A DNA stretch of 64,000 bases from assembly GCF_018350175.1 (NCBI RefSeq), contig NC_058368.1, forward strand, positions 36,024,001 through 36,088,000, read 5' to 3'. The stretch's first letter is position 1. Every line of letters starts with the position of its first letter. Positions 26,531-40,655 of the stretch are shown piece by piece. Origin of the DNA: Felis catus (Eukaryota). Under the pieces are notes generated by a model, which saw only the letters and a list, made by a program, of their open reading frames with translations, was not told the origin of the DNA and did not search any database. The position numbers and the translations under genes were made by a program.

Positions 26531-28199
26531 ATATAATCTATAATGAAGATCCATAACAGTATCTCAAGTCAACTGGATAAAAATAAAAGCTATTTATCTT
26601 CAGCCTAAAATCTATAAACACCAGCTTAATTCATGCTACTAACCCTAAATCAGACAATGTTGTGCAGTTCTTTCCAAAGGCCACCAGCTAATGGTCATCT
26701 AAACCTCGCTGACTGTACTTTCACAAACATGTCTCATATTTATTGTCCTCTCATGGAAGGAACCTAGATTCAGGACTTCACCAATTCCCTGGGTAATTAG
26801 AGTAGTCTCCTGACGGTATCCCAGCCTGTGGACTTTAACTACTACAACACAGAGCTGCCCAATACTGAGCTGTCATACTAAAGCAGAGATCATATGACAT
26901 TACATCTCCATTCAATACATTTCAATGTTTGTGACAGAATTTACTGTATTTAATATTTTAAATTATAAATATATATGTGAGACAGAACTAAATGTAAATG
27001 CCTGAATTTTACATACAAAGACCTCCATAATATGGACACAATTCTCTCCAGATTCATCCTCCAGGGACATTACCCATTTCTTTCCTGCAATCCCCATGGA
27101 AAATGAAGTACCACCATTGCTACTTTTCAGCTCTTAAGTCTACATATTTCCATCCAGCACTATCTACCTTTACTCACACTTTTTCTCCTCTCTGTGTATT
27201 CATTCACTAACCCATCCAACAAATTTATTAAGCAATGGTGAGCATCAGACACTGGCCTCTGTGAAAGGAATACAGTGGGGAGAAGGCACACCTAATTCTA
27301 CCCATGGAAAGATTATAGCCTAATAAGAGATTAAACACACGAATAATAATTTTATGAGAATCCCAAACCAGTGCAATGCATGAAAAACAGCTCTGTGGGA
27401 TTGAGTTGCAAAGGGAACTGTCCTAATCTCGAAAGTCCTAGAAGGCATTTCTCAAAGGAAATGACACTGGAGCAAAGAAACAAAGTTCGCACGGGGTCAG
27501 CAAGATGAAGCTACCTCCATTGTAAGGTCTTTTCTAATTAACCCAGTTCCAATCAACAGATTTCTAAATATGCCTAACAGTTGTGATACAATGGCCACAA
27601 GTAATAGTATATGATCAGTGAAGATATTACAAAAACTGTTTAGTAGCAGAGAATACATCTACAAAAATGATTAAGAAGTTATATTGCGTATGTAAATTTT
27701 GAACAGATAAAAGGGAAAACAGCCAAACCCTACCACTCATTTCAAGTAGGGCAGTAGAGTGTAGGGTGGTGCTTTCTTTCTTTCATCCCTTTCTAAATGT
27801 TCTGTAACATAATTATTTTATAATGAATAAACTATAGCAGTTTGAAGAGTTACATAATCCTTAAAAGCTTAAGTAATATTACACGTCTACATCACTCACA
27901 TGTAATACTTTATAGTTATAATACAGAATAAGCCGTAACACATATATCTCTCAGGCAAACTTACAAGCTTTCTACTCCTAATAGCTTTGAATCCTATGCC
28001 ACTGCTCAATTTTTTTTGTAATTCAGTAGTATTTGTATCCTAAGTTTGTATCCTAAGTTTTCTCCACTTGATTAAAACCTGTATTAGCCTCTATAAGAAG
28101 AGTTAATGTACTTGATTTTGTTAGGTCCAATCAAAGCTTTATGTAAGAATAGTTTCAGGAAATTTGTAATTTTTTAAAAGCTTAACGTCAATACCTATA

Positions 28200-29125
28200 A
28201 AAAAAAATAACAACAACAAGTGTTTGCAAGGATGTGGAGAAACTGGAACAGTTCTGCCATTGCTGCAGGGAATCTAGAAAGATTCAGTCACCGTGAAAAA
28301 CAACTTGGCAGTTCCTTAAAATGCTCAATGCAGAATTGTCAAGTGATACAGCAATTCCGCTCCTAAGTCTGTTACCCCAAAGAACAGAGAACAAGTATTT
28401 AAACAAATACATATTCACACATGTTTACAGCAGGACTATTCACAATACCCCCAAAAGGAAACAGCTTTAATGTGCAAAGAATGAATAAAAATACCATAGT
28501 ACATACACACAACGTATATACATGGATATACATACAATAGTATATACACAAAAGGAATGTGTACATGCTACATGTATGATACATGCTACATGTATGATCC
28601 TAAAATATATAATGCTAAATGAAACAAGCCATATACAAAAAGGTCACATATTGTAGGACTCTCATTTATATGAAACTCTCAGAATAAATCCACACAGACA
28701 GCAAACAGATTGCTGGTTGCCAGAACTGGAAAGGAACAACAGGGAGAAACTGCTTAATGGCTGCAGGGTTTCACTTCGGACTGATGGAAACGTTTTAAAA
28801 CTAGATAGAAGTTGGAGTGCCTGGGTGGCCAGGTGATGGGTTGTCCGACCCTTGATTTTGGCTCAGGTGATGATCCCAGGGTCTTGGGATCGAGCCCTGC
28901 ATTGGGCTCTGTGCTGAGCGTGGAGCCTGCTTAAGATTCTCTCTCCCTTTGCCCCTACCCCACTCACACTCGCACTCTTTTGAAAGAAAATAAAAATAAA
29001 TAAAACTAGATAGAAGTGGTGGCTGCACTACATTATGAATGCCCTAAATGCCAGCGAATTATTCACTTAAAAAATGGCTTTTATGTGATATGAATTTCAT
29101 CTCCTACCAAAAAAAAAAAAAAAAT
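28200..29125 (+). mobile_element. L1MB-type 3' fragment interrupted by a SINE
   Basis: caagtgtttgcaaggatgtggagaaactggaac, cagcaattccgctcctaag and ...atgtgatatgaatttcatctc plus an A tail. Confidence 0.85.
28813..29000 (+). mobile_element. CAN-SINE nested in L1
   Basis: Perfect 17-bp TSD taaaactagatagaagt at 28796-28812 and 29001-29017. Confidence 0.95.
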
Positions 29126-29484
29126 CAATACCCAACAAAGGTATTATTTTCAGGAGGAAAACAATCCATCTATTGCAATCTGTTTGTTAATAGTTATTCC
29201 TGGTTTGCACACATCGAGTTCCATCCAACAATAACAAAGAATTTACCTCATCTCTTTTTTCCTCCTTATATAGATTCTTGCTGCTAAACCAAGCAAGAAA
29301 GGTGAATCGTTTTAGCATCTAGATTCTGAATCTATCCCCCCTCTCAATCACCTTCATTTTTTTTTCTTTTTCTTTTTCTTTTTTTTTTTTACCTAATTTA
29401 CAAAAGAGCTTGTTATTCACTCAGAGCAAAGTCATCAGTGGCAGAGTTAATTGGAATATTGATCACTTAAATATTTCTGCTCTT

Positions 29485-29692
29485 GGGGCACCTGGGTGGC
29501 TCAGTTGGTTGACTTCAGCTCAGGTCATGATGTCACAGTTCGTGGGTTCAGGCCCCACGTTGGGGTCTGTGCTGACAGCTTAGCCTGGAGCCTGCTTCAG
29601 ATTCTGTGTCTCCCTCTCTCTCTACCCCTCCCCACTCATGCTTTTGTCTGTCTCTCAAAAATAAATAAATGTTAAAAAAAATTAAAAAAAAA
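29485..29692 (+). mobile_element. CAN-SINE (SINEC_Fc2-like)
   Basis: GGGGCACCTGGGTGGCTCAG head, (CT)n, aaataaataaatgttaaaaa tail. Confidence 0.93.
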
Positions 29693-32400
29693 ATTCTTCT
29701 CTCCGTCCAAAAAAATGGGGGGGGGGGGAACTTGCTGGAGGACGATGAAATTATTGTATTTCTGCTTTAAAGGAATGAAAAACCGTTCACTTATTCAGCA
29801 AACATTAATCCACTGTCCATTACATGTTAGGCATTCTGCTAGGTGCTAGTGATACATCAGTAAAGGAAAACAAAGATCTCTCCCCTAAAGGAGTTTAAAT
29901 TCCAGTGGGGGCAAAGAAAGAAAAAGACAAACATATGCTTAGTAAATAAGTAATAATATGTTAGAAATTGATAAATGACTTAAAGAAAAAAAAAGTAGCA
30001 AGAATCAGCATGGGGGGCGGATAGAGCCCATGGAAAATGTGCCAGCACTAAGTTGGAAAGCAAGTGCAGGAATCTCACCCAGAAGGTGATATTGGAGTCA
30101 AGACTCAAAAATGGTAAGGGACTTCATCTTTCTTCCTCCATGCAGGAAGGGGTCCAAGACAGGGTACCTCTGGGGTATACCACGGGGGCTCCACTTATAC
30201 CAGTGTGGCTTCAGCAAAAGGACAAAGGGGAAGGGAGTAGGAGATGAAGTGAGAGAGCAGAGCAGCAGGAAACCCAAGGGTTTCCAGAGGCTTTGGCACT
30301 CTCCCAGCAAGAGAGAAAGGGTTCAACCCTGTGAAAGCAGACAGGTGGAAGCCAGGGGCAGAATCCAGGCAAGCTCTCCAAAGCCTAAGCCGGTGGAAGA
30401 CATAACTGTCAACAAGGCAGCAGCAGTTCCCAGGGGGGATTTGCCTAGAAAATGAAGTACAGGTAGAAAGTGCAAATTAAAACATTCACAGTAAGTGATG
30501 AAGATACAGGGAGAGGCAATGAAACGCATGGCCAAACTTGGTGAAAAAATAGACCACAGTTACTGAGGCATAGTGTATATAACAGAGAGAGAAACAAACA
30601 ACAAAACAAAACAAAAACAAAAAGAATACAGCTAGAAACACAAGTGGGAACAGACTCCAAAAAGCTACCAAACTTTTCCGTTAGAAAAGTTTTTTTTTTT
30701 CTTTTTAATCCTTTAGAATGCATGCACACAGGGGATAGGATAAATGTGACATTTGTAGGGGTGAAAATCCGAAGACAGTTGGCATTACTGTCTTAGAAAG
30801 AGGAAGAGAATGAAATGGTAATTACAGTATCCCAAGTTTAAAGGAACAAAAGAAGTCACTGTGCTTACACATGCAGGTAGCCAGGGTTCCTGATAACAAG
30901 GTCATTTCCATACCAATGCTAGTGGACTCCCATTGGCACTCCCTCCCTCCTTCCCTCTCCACTCTAAACAGGAGAGAGGGGAAAGAAACCCGGGTATGAA
31001 TCAGAAGAAGTGACTTCTTGACTTCCAGCTCCTTTCTAAGGATGCCACCCTGAAGGCCAGATTTTTAACTTCTCTGAACCTCAATCTCTACGCGTTAAAG
31101 TGGGATGAAGGCCTAAATCTTACAGTGTAAGGACCCAGCATAGTTACTGGGGCCAAGCAGGCACTCATTTTCCCCTTTACGGTTCAAGTCAGCTCCTTTC
31201 TCTCATTGCTCTTCACTTCCAACAGCTGTTCTAGACTTCTTACAACCCTAATATAATCGAGAATTAACGAGAAATTTTGATTTATTGAGGTTGTAAGTTA
31301 TGCTTATTCATCAAGAACACATTCACAAAAATAGGTTTTTTGATAAAGCATACCTCAGAGATCCAAAAACGGGCAAAGGATGATCCTATCAGTTGCCTTC
31401 TCTGTACCCAACAATCTTTCAGATTAAAAAAGATGGTAAAAAGTGAAGTAGCAATTCAGTGTTTATCAATTTCAGATTACCAGGTTTACAAAATATTCTT
31501 TCATAAACATATAACTTTATCACACACACACATAGAAAATTCTATTACAAAAGTATTGTCACCACACTGACATTGGCACAGACTGCTGTTTTCCTTGCTA
31601 TCGGCACTGACAACACAGCTGAATCTACTAAAACAGATAATGGAAATACAAATGATTGGTCAGTATGAAAAGGTCAGATTCATTTTGACACAGATAGGCA
31701 AGATTTGAAATGAAGCACAACAAGACTTGAGAAAATTCAGTATTATTCAGAAAAAGTCTAATTTTAAAACAGGAAAATGTAACATCTCCAAACACTAATA
31801 TCCCTCATTTAAAAACAAACACAGTTATTCCATTGGCTACTTCAACTCTTCAGGGTTAAATCTTCTGCTGTGGGAGCAGAGAGCCAAACTGTCCCACTGT
31901 GACCTGTGAAACCCTGAAAAATAATTGGTTCTCTAATTGAAAAAGAAAAGAAGATTAAAGAAGGAAGAAGAGCTCTGCTTCAGGAAGAACGAGGCTAAGG
32001 CAGTATCATGATAGAAGAGTAGACTGGCAAATGACTAAGAGCCAACAATTAAATTAAAATAAATTGCTTATTTTGTGGGCAATGGGTTGCATTAGATCTT
32101 TCTGATAAATGGGATTTCCTCAGTGATGAAATTTTTCCAATTAAAATAAACTTTTTATATATTGTGTTTTAAATTGCCCAGTGAAATATGCAATTATAAT
32201 AACATTTTCCAGGTTGTAATGAAATTACATGTTCATATCCGTTTATAGGTGCTTATTAGGTCGGACTAATACTGGACCACAAAAACGTGCCTTTTCCCAA
32301 AGTCCCTATCACAAAATATAAATATTTATTCCGCTAAAATATATTGTGAAAATCATACAACAAGAGTAGCAGTCCGTATTTTAGAATATAACTAATCTTT

Positions 32401-32504
32401 GGGGAGCCTGGCTGGCTCCATTGGCAAACTATACAACTCTTGCTCTTGGAGTTGTGAGTTTGAGCCCCACACTGGGTATAAAGATTACTAAAATAAATAA
32501 AACT
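32401..32504 (+). mobile_element. Short old CAN-SINE
   Basis: GGGGAGCCTGGCTGGCTC head. TSD aatataactaa on both sides. Confidence 0.85.
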
Positions 32505-33163
32505 TAAAATATAACTAAACTTCAAAGTACAGAAATTATTGTTCAACAGAAGTGTAGAAAGTTATCTCCCAAAAGTTAATAATGTATAAAACATAAAACA
32601 CTTCTTTTTCTAAATTAGAACCAGTCTTTCTTTCTTTCTTAAAATGCATAGTAATAAATCAGCATAAAGAACCAATTTGTTTTTAAATGCCAGTGGTTCT
32701 TTACTATAGGTTTTTGGATGGTGTTTCTGGGTTGAAAAAAAGATTATATAAAGTAAAAACATATATACAGAATTTAATAATTTCCTAGGAAAAAAATGAA
32801 ATCTATAGCGTACATTACAAACTAGAAAATGCATAGTAGATTGTGATACCTGTTGCACATTAATTATAGTATATTTGACTAAAGAAAGGAAAAAAAATAT
32901 TTTCTAGTACTTAGTACATGATGTAAGGATTTTTCCTAAAACTCCACAAAGGCACTTAGCCATGGTAACAAAAACATATCTTAATGTAATTAGTAAAGAT
33001 CCAAAGCTCAATAACATTTAATGAACAGAACAAATGATGTATGTCAAAATGCCCCAGGACCCTAAAACAGCATTCCTGTAAAAAGAACAGAGCTAAAGAA
33101 GACGGACATAATTTTAGTGAGTGGAATTAACCGGGCCAAGTGCCCTGTGAAATGTTGCAATAT

Positions 33164-33684
33164 TATGATAACCAACTAATTTTGGCACCCCATCCTCCTC
33201 TGTCAAAGATAACCGTGTTCTAATCCCTAGCACTGTGAATATGCTACCTTACTTGGAAAAAGGAACTTTGCAGATGTGATTAAGGTCAGAGACAGAAAGG
33301 CTGGGACATTAGCATGATTAGCCAGGTGTACCCAATTTAATCACATGGTTCTTCAAGAACCTTTCCTAGCACAGGTCAGAGCCTGAGAAGGATGCAGTCA
33401 AGGAAACCAGTGAGAGATGGACCCTGAGGACTCCCCTCGCTGTGGCCAGCTGTGGAGACTGGAGGAAGGGGGCTACAAGCTGAAGAAAGTGGGCAGCTCT
33501 AGAAGCTGGAAAAGGCAAGGAAGGGACAGGTCCCCCCTAGGTCCCCAGAATGTAGCCCTGTTGGCACTTTGATTTTAGCACAGTGAGACCATGATGGACT
33601 TCCCACGGAAATGTAAAACAGTAAGTGTGCATTAAGTTGCCAAATTCCAGGAATTTGTTACAGCAGCAATAGAAAATTAATACA
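33164..33684 (+). mobile_element. MLT1D-like MaLR LTR, followed by an older MLT1 fragment to about 33900
   Basis: tgtgaatatgctaccttac...ctttgcagatgtgattaag, tctagaagctggaaaaggcaagg and end ttgttacagcagcaatagaaaattaataca. Confidence 0.85.
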
Positions 33685-34153
33685 AAACTCCACTTGTGAG
33701 CATAATGATCCCTCCTGCCCTTGTTATAACTAAGCTATGCTGAAAATAGAAGGAAAGCTAAGAAAATGGAGAAGCTAATCCTGAGTCTGGACATCACTGG
33801 GATGCTGAATTGACCAAATCTAAGACAGCCAACCACCAGACTTCTGGTCGAAATCACTTTTAGCTGGGTACTGTTTCTTGCAGGCAAACTTCCTCACAGA
33901 GTCACCAGAAAAGATTAATTTATATACACTAATACAGCTTGTAAAATTCCAAGGTGATTCCAGTCTTAGATTTGGGGGATGTAAGTCATTCCAAAATAAA
34001 TACTTCTCATTTCAGGAGTTTCACTCCCCCCACCCCCCATCAATTATTTGACAAGCTATGAGAAAAGCAGAAATACCAACATTCCTGTTTTAAATAAGTT
34101 ACAAAGACATTTCTATGTGTTTCCTTAATTAGTCACCACTTCAGAAAACAAGA

Positions 34154-34230
34154 ATTGGGCTAAACCACATGAAGTTCTTGATATGTCAAAATAGTAGAAT
34201 TTCAACATTTGTATGTGGTTCACCTAAATA
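34154..34230. mobile_element. MADE2-like Mariner MITE (about 77-bp palindromic element)
   Basis: Imperfect inverted termini ttgggctaaaccacatgaa...tatgtggttcacctaa. Confidence 0.65.
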
Positions 34231-34250
34231 ATTCTTTTAGCTTGCACCAT

Positions 34251-34254
<4 letters not shown>

Positions 34255-34287
<33 letters not shown>
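34255..34287. repeat. (CA)n microsatellite
   Basis: About 16 perfect CA units. Confidence 0.95.
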
Positions 34288-34289
<2 letters not shown>

Positions 34290-36744
34290 AAACAACCCAC
34301 TCCTGAAAAATTCTCACTCCTCTGAACCCTCTGCTAGCACTCTATGAAAATAAGAAAATTAACAGTTATCACCCTTCCTGCAAGCCCCAGGGAGAATTTA
34401 GCCATGAGCTTTAGTTGGCTCTTGTATTTGCCTATCAACGAAAGGTTCCCTACGCCTTAATGCATCCCAGTTCTGTAATTACATTAAGCCATACATAACA
34501 TCCTCACTAATCTTTGAAACTGTAAATAACTGTCAAAAATAATCATGAATAATTAACAAGAACTAGTCAGATTTTATAAAGTACGGACTGAGTTTTTCAA
34601 CTTTACTCTCAAGTCATTAGCTCAATGCTCAAAAACTGAATCACACCAAGTTAAAAGTTAAAGTTCTCAGTTTTTAAATTTCATAAAATCACAAATTGGC
34701 TCAGCTCCATTAATGACTTGTAAACTGAAAATAAAAACAAAAAAATCATGGAAAAACTCAGGAAAAAAAAATAAGAAAAAAGACAAACCAGTCTTCATTC
34801 CTGGTTCAACAGATCTCTCTTCTTCTCTAGGAACTTAATAAAGCATTTGACAGTTAAGACATACAAAAGATGAAAGAAATAGGATGTACAAAATCATCTA
34901 TTACTATTTCTAAAACTGATGGCACAGATCAGTATTACAGAAATCTTCTTAAGTGGCTACTAACATAGGTCAGTTAACACAGCAGTTCAATGGTTTGAAA
35001 GGCTTCATTTGCAAGTGGGGCTAAAGCTGGCCAGCTCATATGCAAGATTCACACAAGGTACACAAAATTTTGCAAGTGGAAACAAGCCTGCATTCTCAAA
35101 ATTTAAGTTCAGCTAACAATTCCTGAACGACGACAATGAGCCAGGCATTGCAAAAGATGCTTTAAAAACTTTATTATCTAATCCTCACAATAACCTTGTG
35201 AGATGGGTATCTTCTCCCCCATTTCATAAAGAACTACAGCTGCAAAAGCCGGGGTCACACGCTTGTGGGGGGTACTCCACGGTCCCTCTCCCCTCCTGTA
35301 CACGCCACAGCATGGCGTTAGTATTTACAGCTCAAATACTTACAGAAGTGAATAGAGGGACCAAATGATGAAAGATGGTCTTAATAAAAAATGGCAAGTT
35401 TTTAAAGCCTTTAATATAAATTGTGGGATGAGGGTGAACTGCTGGGGGGCAGCAGTAAGGTGGCGGGAGATGAGAGGGAAATTATTTTAAATCAAAGAAG
35501 AGCACTTTAAATAAAACATAATAGGATTTCTTTTAATCAGAGAAGCAGCATGGCATAGCTCAGATCTGTATTCCATTCAGAGTGGCAGCTCCTTTTAGCT
35601 CAACTTCACATGAAGAGTGTAACTTTTTCTTACATATAACACATATACAATATTTGCCTTAGTTCCTCCACAGGATTGTTTTGGGGAACAAATAAAATGA
35701 TAGGAGATAAACACAACTGCTAAAAAAACAAAACAAAACAAAAAGACATTGTCAACACTGTTGTTTTATTATTGTCTAATTAGGGGGTTTTGTACTTGTG
35801 CCAGATTCGACATATGCTTTTATTAACAAATGCATTTCAGTAGTCTGTTAAAAAAGTGGATCCAAAAACAGACGACCTAATGTTCCAGTCACAATAAAAA
35901 GGTATTCCTAGTTAAGTATCTCATGACAAATCATGTAGTGGCCCCTTGAATTAAAACAAAATAAAACTAAGCAAGCAAACAAAAATGTGCATATATGTGA
36001 ACAGGCAGCAGTCAAGGCCAGGCCGAGGCTCCTGACCTTCGCCTCATGCCCAGCACTGCACAAGGCAGAAAGGCTACAGCAGGCTTCATAACCTTTGTTG
36101 CCATGGACCCCACCGGCAGTCAGAGGGATAGACAGCTTCTCAGAAAATTCTTAAGTGCAGAAAAGATAATACATAGGATTTCAGAGGAAGCAAATGATAC
36201 TCAAATGCAGCTACCAAAATGCATTAAATACCAGTCTGTGACTAGCAAAATACATGCATGGCAGCCATGGACGTGCACTGCTAAGATCTCCCTTTAGGAA
36301 AAATGTCCCCCTCACTTGCAAGGAGTGCACGTGGCTGGTCAGGTCCAAGCTGTCACCACCCTCAGGATGCTCCTGAGTCCCAAGTCCAGGCCACCACACC
36401 ATTCCTGGGCAGCTCCCAGCTGATAGCTGAGCACAGCAGGAGCGCTGGGCCTGGCTACCGGGGCCCATCCCAGGACTTCCCTAACAGATCCTCTGTTTCA
36501 GAGCTTCCCCCCGTCCCCCGCCCCCCCCACACACACACATTAGGGTGGCTGAGAATGTGTCCTATGACATCAGGGCCTGAGGTTCTTCCTACCCGGTCCT
36601 GCTTCCCCCACCTTGTACCTTTCACACGCGTTACCCACCGCACACCCCCTAAAAACGCCTGCACCCCAACAACTCAGCATCGGCTTTTGGAGGACCCAAC
36701 TGACAAAATCCATTTCTTAATTAATGTCCTGAATAACAAGATCT

Positions 36745-37007
36745 AGCTGCAGGTCTCACAAACACCCAAATTTTGAAGTAGTGATGAGTTTCAGTGATAT
36801 TTAACGTATCTGAAATAATTCTGATGGGATATAAAAAGTATACATAATCTTCACAGGTAGAAATGGTTTAGGTGCGTGTTTGTTGCCTATATTTATAAAT
36901 GAAGGAAAAGCTAAATTTCAGTTACAGGTAAGTGAAAGTAACATTCTGCTTTGTTTTGTTTTTATTCACGTTCAAAGACCCAAGTTAATCCAAGTTAAGA
37001 ACTCCTG
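36745..37007. mobile_element. hAT-Charlie DNA transposon remnant
   Basis: aaatttcagttacaggtaagtgaaa...aagttaagaactcctg resembles a Charlie-type terminus. Confidence 0.55.
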
Positions 37008-40000
37008 GACTAGAGCGTGTCTGACTCAGAAATAGCCATCCTTTTAAGACACAGACAAGTACTTAGACGAGGGAGGGATGTGATACCAACGGTTTCTAAC
37101 CTGGTGGGTTCCTCAGATGCCAAGACATGTGTGAATGCTTGAGTTAAATGCACAACATGGTACAAGTCCTAACCTGTGACTAAATGATTTAACCTTGAAG
37201 GACAAAACACACCCAGCTTTACCTAAACACAAATCTATAACTACCTCAAAACCTAACTTTAGAAATTCAAGATTAAAAAAGTTGTTTTCATAAAGGTTCT
37301 TTTTTGCCTGTTACAAAAGAAGTTACTATCTTCTTTATTTATTATCCAGCTTCCAGAGCATATAATCCAGAAAGAAGCCTCCTCCCTCTCCTAGGACTCT
37401 CCTACCATGACCCCACGCTCTTCTTGTGCTACAGGGATGGCATCATTGCAATACTAACTGCATGTGATCCTATTTCTTCTGAGCCTGGCAAGTGTATGTG
37501 AAGGTGGGCCTGAGGGACACTGAGGAGTGGGGCAGAGGGAGAGAAGAGGGTCAGTGACCAGCCAGGTGTATAAATATATTAAGATTCAAAGAGTGCATTC
37601 AGAAAGATGAGTCTCATTTATATTTTCTGGTGAATAATACTGCACGCTAATTATGAGTGGGAGCCTTGACGGCTGCTAGAACGTAATGCAGACAAGACAA
37701 AGAATAACTGCCTGAAATGGGGCAATGTACTTTGAACAACCACAGGGCAACAAGAGATTCCCTGGTAAACGGGAGTAAGAAGATACAGGAAACGAAAGAG
37801 AAATCCTGAGAGAGAAAAAAATGTGTGAGGACCATAAAACATCTTACAATGTTGTCAAGGGAGGACAGCTACAGGTGCACCACTGAAAACTCCAAGAATT
37901 AAAACACCAAAGTGACCTTGTAATCTACAGGGAACACAGTTTACCCCCATCTACCACTCGTCCAGGGACTCCTGGTGAATCCAAATGCTCCCCAGTATCA
38001 TCCCTCTCTCCACTGTTAGAAGGAAAAGAAAGAGGGGGGAAAAGGGGAGAGGAGCTATGTTTACGGGCACTCCAACCCCTGCACACACGTCTAAGCTTCC
38101 TCCCTTTTTGTTTATAGCAGTTGTACAATATACAAGAAATGTGCCCAGTTACAGGGACTTTTAGAATTCCCATCACACCGTGCCAAAGATACATGGTATA
38201 ACTAAGCATGTAACTGAAGCATTCTGGGACTTGAAAGTCGCCTGTAGCTCCAGGCTAATAAACAAACCTACTCTCTTCAGCCCTTTTCTCTAAGTTCTGT
38301 TTCTTTAAACCTTTCAGAATAAATTTCTGTTTCTTCCGCAACCCAACACAAAATACAAATAATTGGTAACAAAAAGATACTTTCTAAGGGTGAAACAAGA
38401 CATTCCTGACAGGCCCTATCATTTCCTTAAGTCTTTAGTTCTTTTCAGATTCAGACACAGACAAGAACCAAAGGATAAATCCCTAGGGAAATATTTAATT
38501 CATCACTGATTTCCTCCTCCATCTTTCCAAACAAGTGTTTGTCAAATGTCTTTTCAGAAACCTTTAAGATATGGTGCATTCGTCATCTCTTTATTAACAC
38601 ACATTCATGAAAAACATTTCTCTACTATAAATTATATTATTCATCTTAATGTAGGTAGTTTAGGATTTTTTTAATACACTTTTTTTCAGACAGAGGAATA
38701 AATTGTGTTTCAAATACAAAACGACATCCTGAACACAGCCAAGTCCCTGAGATAATCCATGGTTTATCACTCCCTACCCCAATACTTTGTCCACTGAACT
38801 ATGATGTCAGAAATCTTGGCTTGATTTGTTTGTAAGTACATAATCCATTAACTGTTTCCATATGCCATAACTGCTCAGTTGATAAATTATTTCTAAACCA
38901 GTTTATTGGCCCTATCTGGCAAATATGATGCACCTGTTCTAAAATGTGATTACTTCAGAAAGCTAACAATTGTGGAATCACATTTTTATGATAAATCAGT
39001 CTAAGTGAATTAGACTATTCATATACTTTCAGAAAAACCTTTAATCCCTATTAAGTTAACAGTTTGTGAATAATGAAAGTAATTAATATTAATTTTAGTT
39101 GATAAATCCAACACCAATAACCTGTTAGTATACTTTAATCCATTTTCCAACAGCCTGTAAAAATTAACCGGCAGATGCTTCCAATCTGGTAAAAAAATAC
39201 ACAGATCATTAGCATTATTTTGATGATACCAAATGTTCAATATATGAATATTGTGATTAAACCTCAAAGAGATATATAAACACTTTTCTTTTATAATCTT
39301 GTTAAGCCTTAACAGGAGCCCAAGACAGTAAAACATGGCAATCCTCCTTTCTGAATCAAAAATCAGCATCTGTTGTTCCACTCCTCATTCTTGTGCTTCA
39401 ACTTGACTGAGAGCTTGATGGAGTTTCACTGGGGTTGAGAAAACAACACGTGGACGTGCACACAACTGCTTTCTCTCTACAGCGTCCCCAGTGCCAAACG
39501 CAAGGCCTAACATACAGTGCACACCCAATAAATATTGGCTGCCTTGAACAGTGACAGCCAAACACAGGAGAAAGGAATGAGGGAGAATGAGAAAAAGAAA
39601 AATACGGCCAGGAAAAATGCCTACATGTTATTTTCAGGAGAATTTAAAATATGGAAAGCTGAGATGTAACTCAAAACTTTAGACAGGTTAGAACTGAGAA
39701 AGGCAAGGAAACCAAAGCGATACTTGATAGCCAAATAAAGGAATCAAAGAAAAAAATGATACAACGGGATCAAGGAAACATACTGATTTCGTAGGAAGAG
39801 GCTGAGTTTCCTGTACTCCTTAAGACAGGACACGGGCACTTTCCTAATAAAGCAATGTCTAGACGTAACAGGGAAGTTAGTTTAAATACAAATTTAACTG
39901 GGAGGGAAAAAAAGATATAATAAAGAATAACATGAGTAAAGACGAAATATCCAAGCTCATGCCTAGAATATCTTGCTATGTCTACCAGCAAGTGGGGCAG

Positions 40001-40454
40001 GGTGGTATTCTGGGGACTTAGCATCGTTGGGCAGGAGAAAAATCTCAGCAGGGATGTGGTCATGATTTAAACAAGGTCACATGAAGACGGCCCAGCTCAG
40101 GAAGTGGTACAACCACAGGCGCTCCACTGGTATTGTTAGGCCCTCTTCCTTTTCCAACTTTCAGGGTATAAGACCACTAAAACCCAATCATCTTAACTTC
40201 AAAGTCAGTAAAACCCAAAGCAGTGTCTTCCATAAGGGGGGGCGGGGGAGACATAATAACAAAAAATACAGAGCATGTGATTAGAATAGGTAGAATTAGA
40301 GGGTAAATTATGAAATTCAGTTCCTTATTTTTCTTTCCACCTATTTCAAATGTTTAGGGGACACCAATGATTGGCCTTTACCATTTTAAATTCCTGGGAT
40401 GGAACATCCACCTTTGTAATCAGAGAAATAGCTCTGGATTTTTTGTTTATGTAA

Positions 40455-40655
40455 TAAATTTCTACCCCTCCTCCCCATTTCCCCCACCCCCATCTCTGGC
40501 AACCACCATTCTGTTCTATCTATGAGCATGGTTTGCTTTTTTCATTGTTTTGGATTCCACATATAAGAGAAATCATACAGTATTTGTCTTTCCCCACCTG
40601 ATTTATTTCACTTAGCATAATGACCTAGAGGTCCATCCATATTGTCACAAAATGC
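40455..40655 (-). mobile_element. L1MA/L1_Carn 3' fragment
   Basis: tctggcaaccaccattctgttct...gattccacatataagagaaatcatacagtatttgtctt...ttatttcacttagcataatg. Confidence 0.85.
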
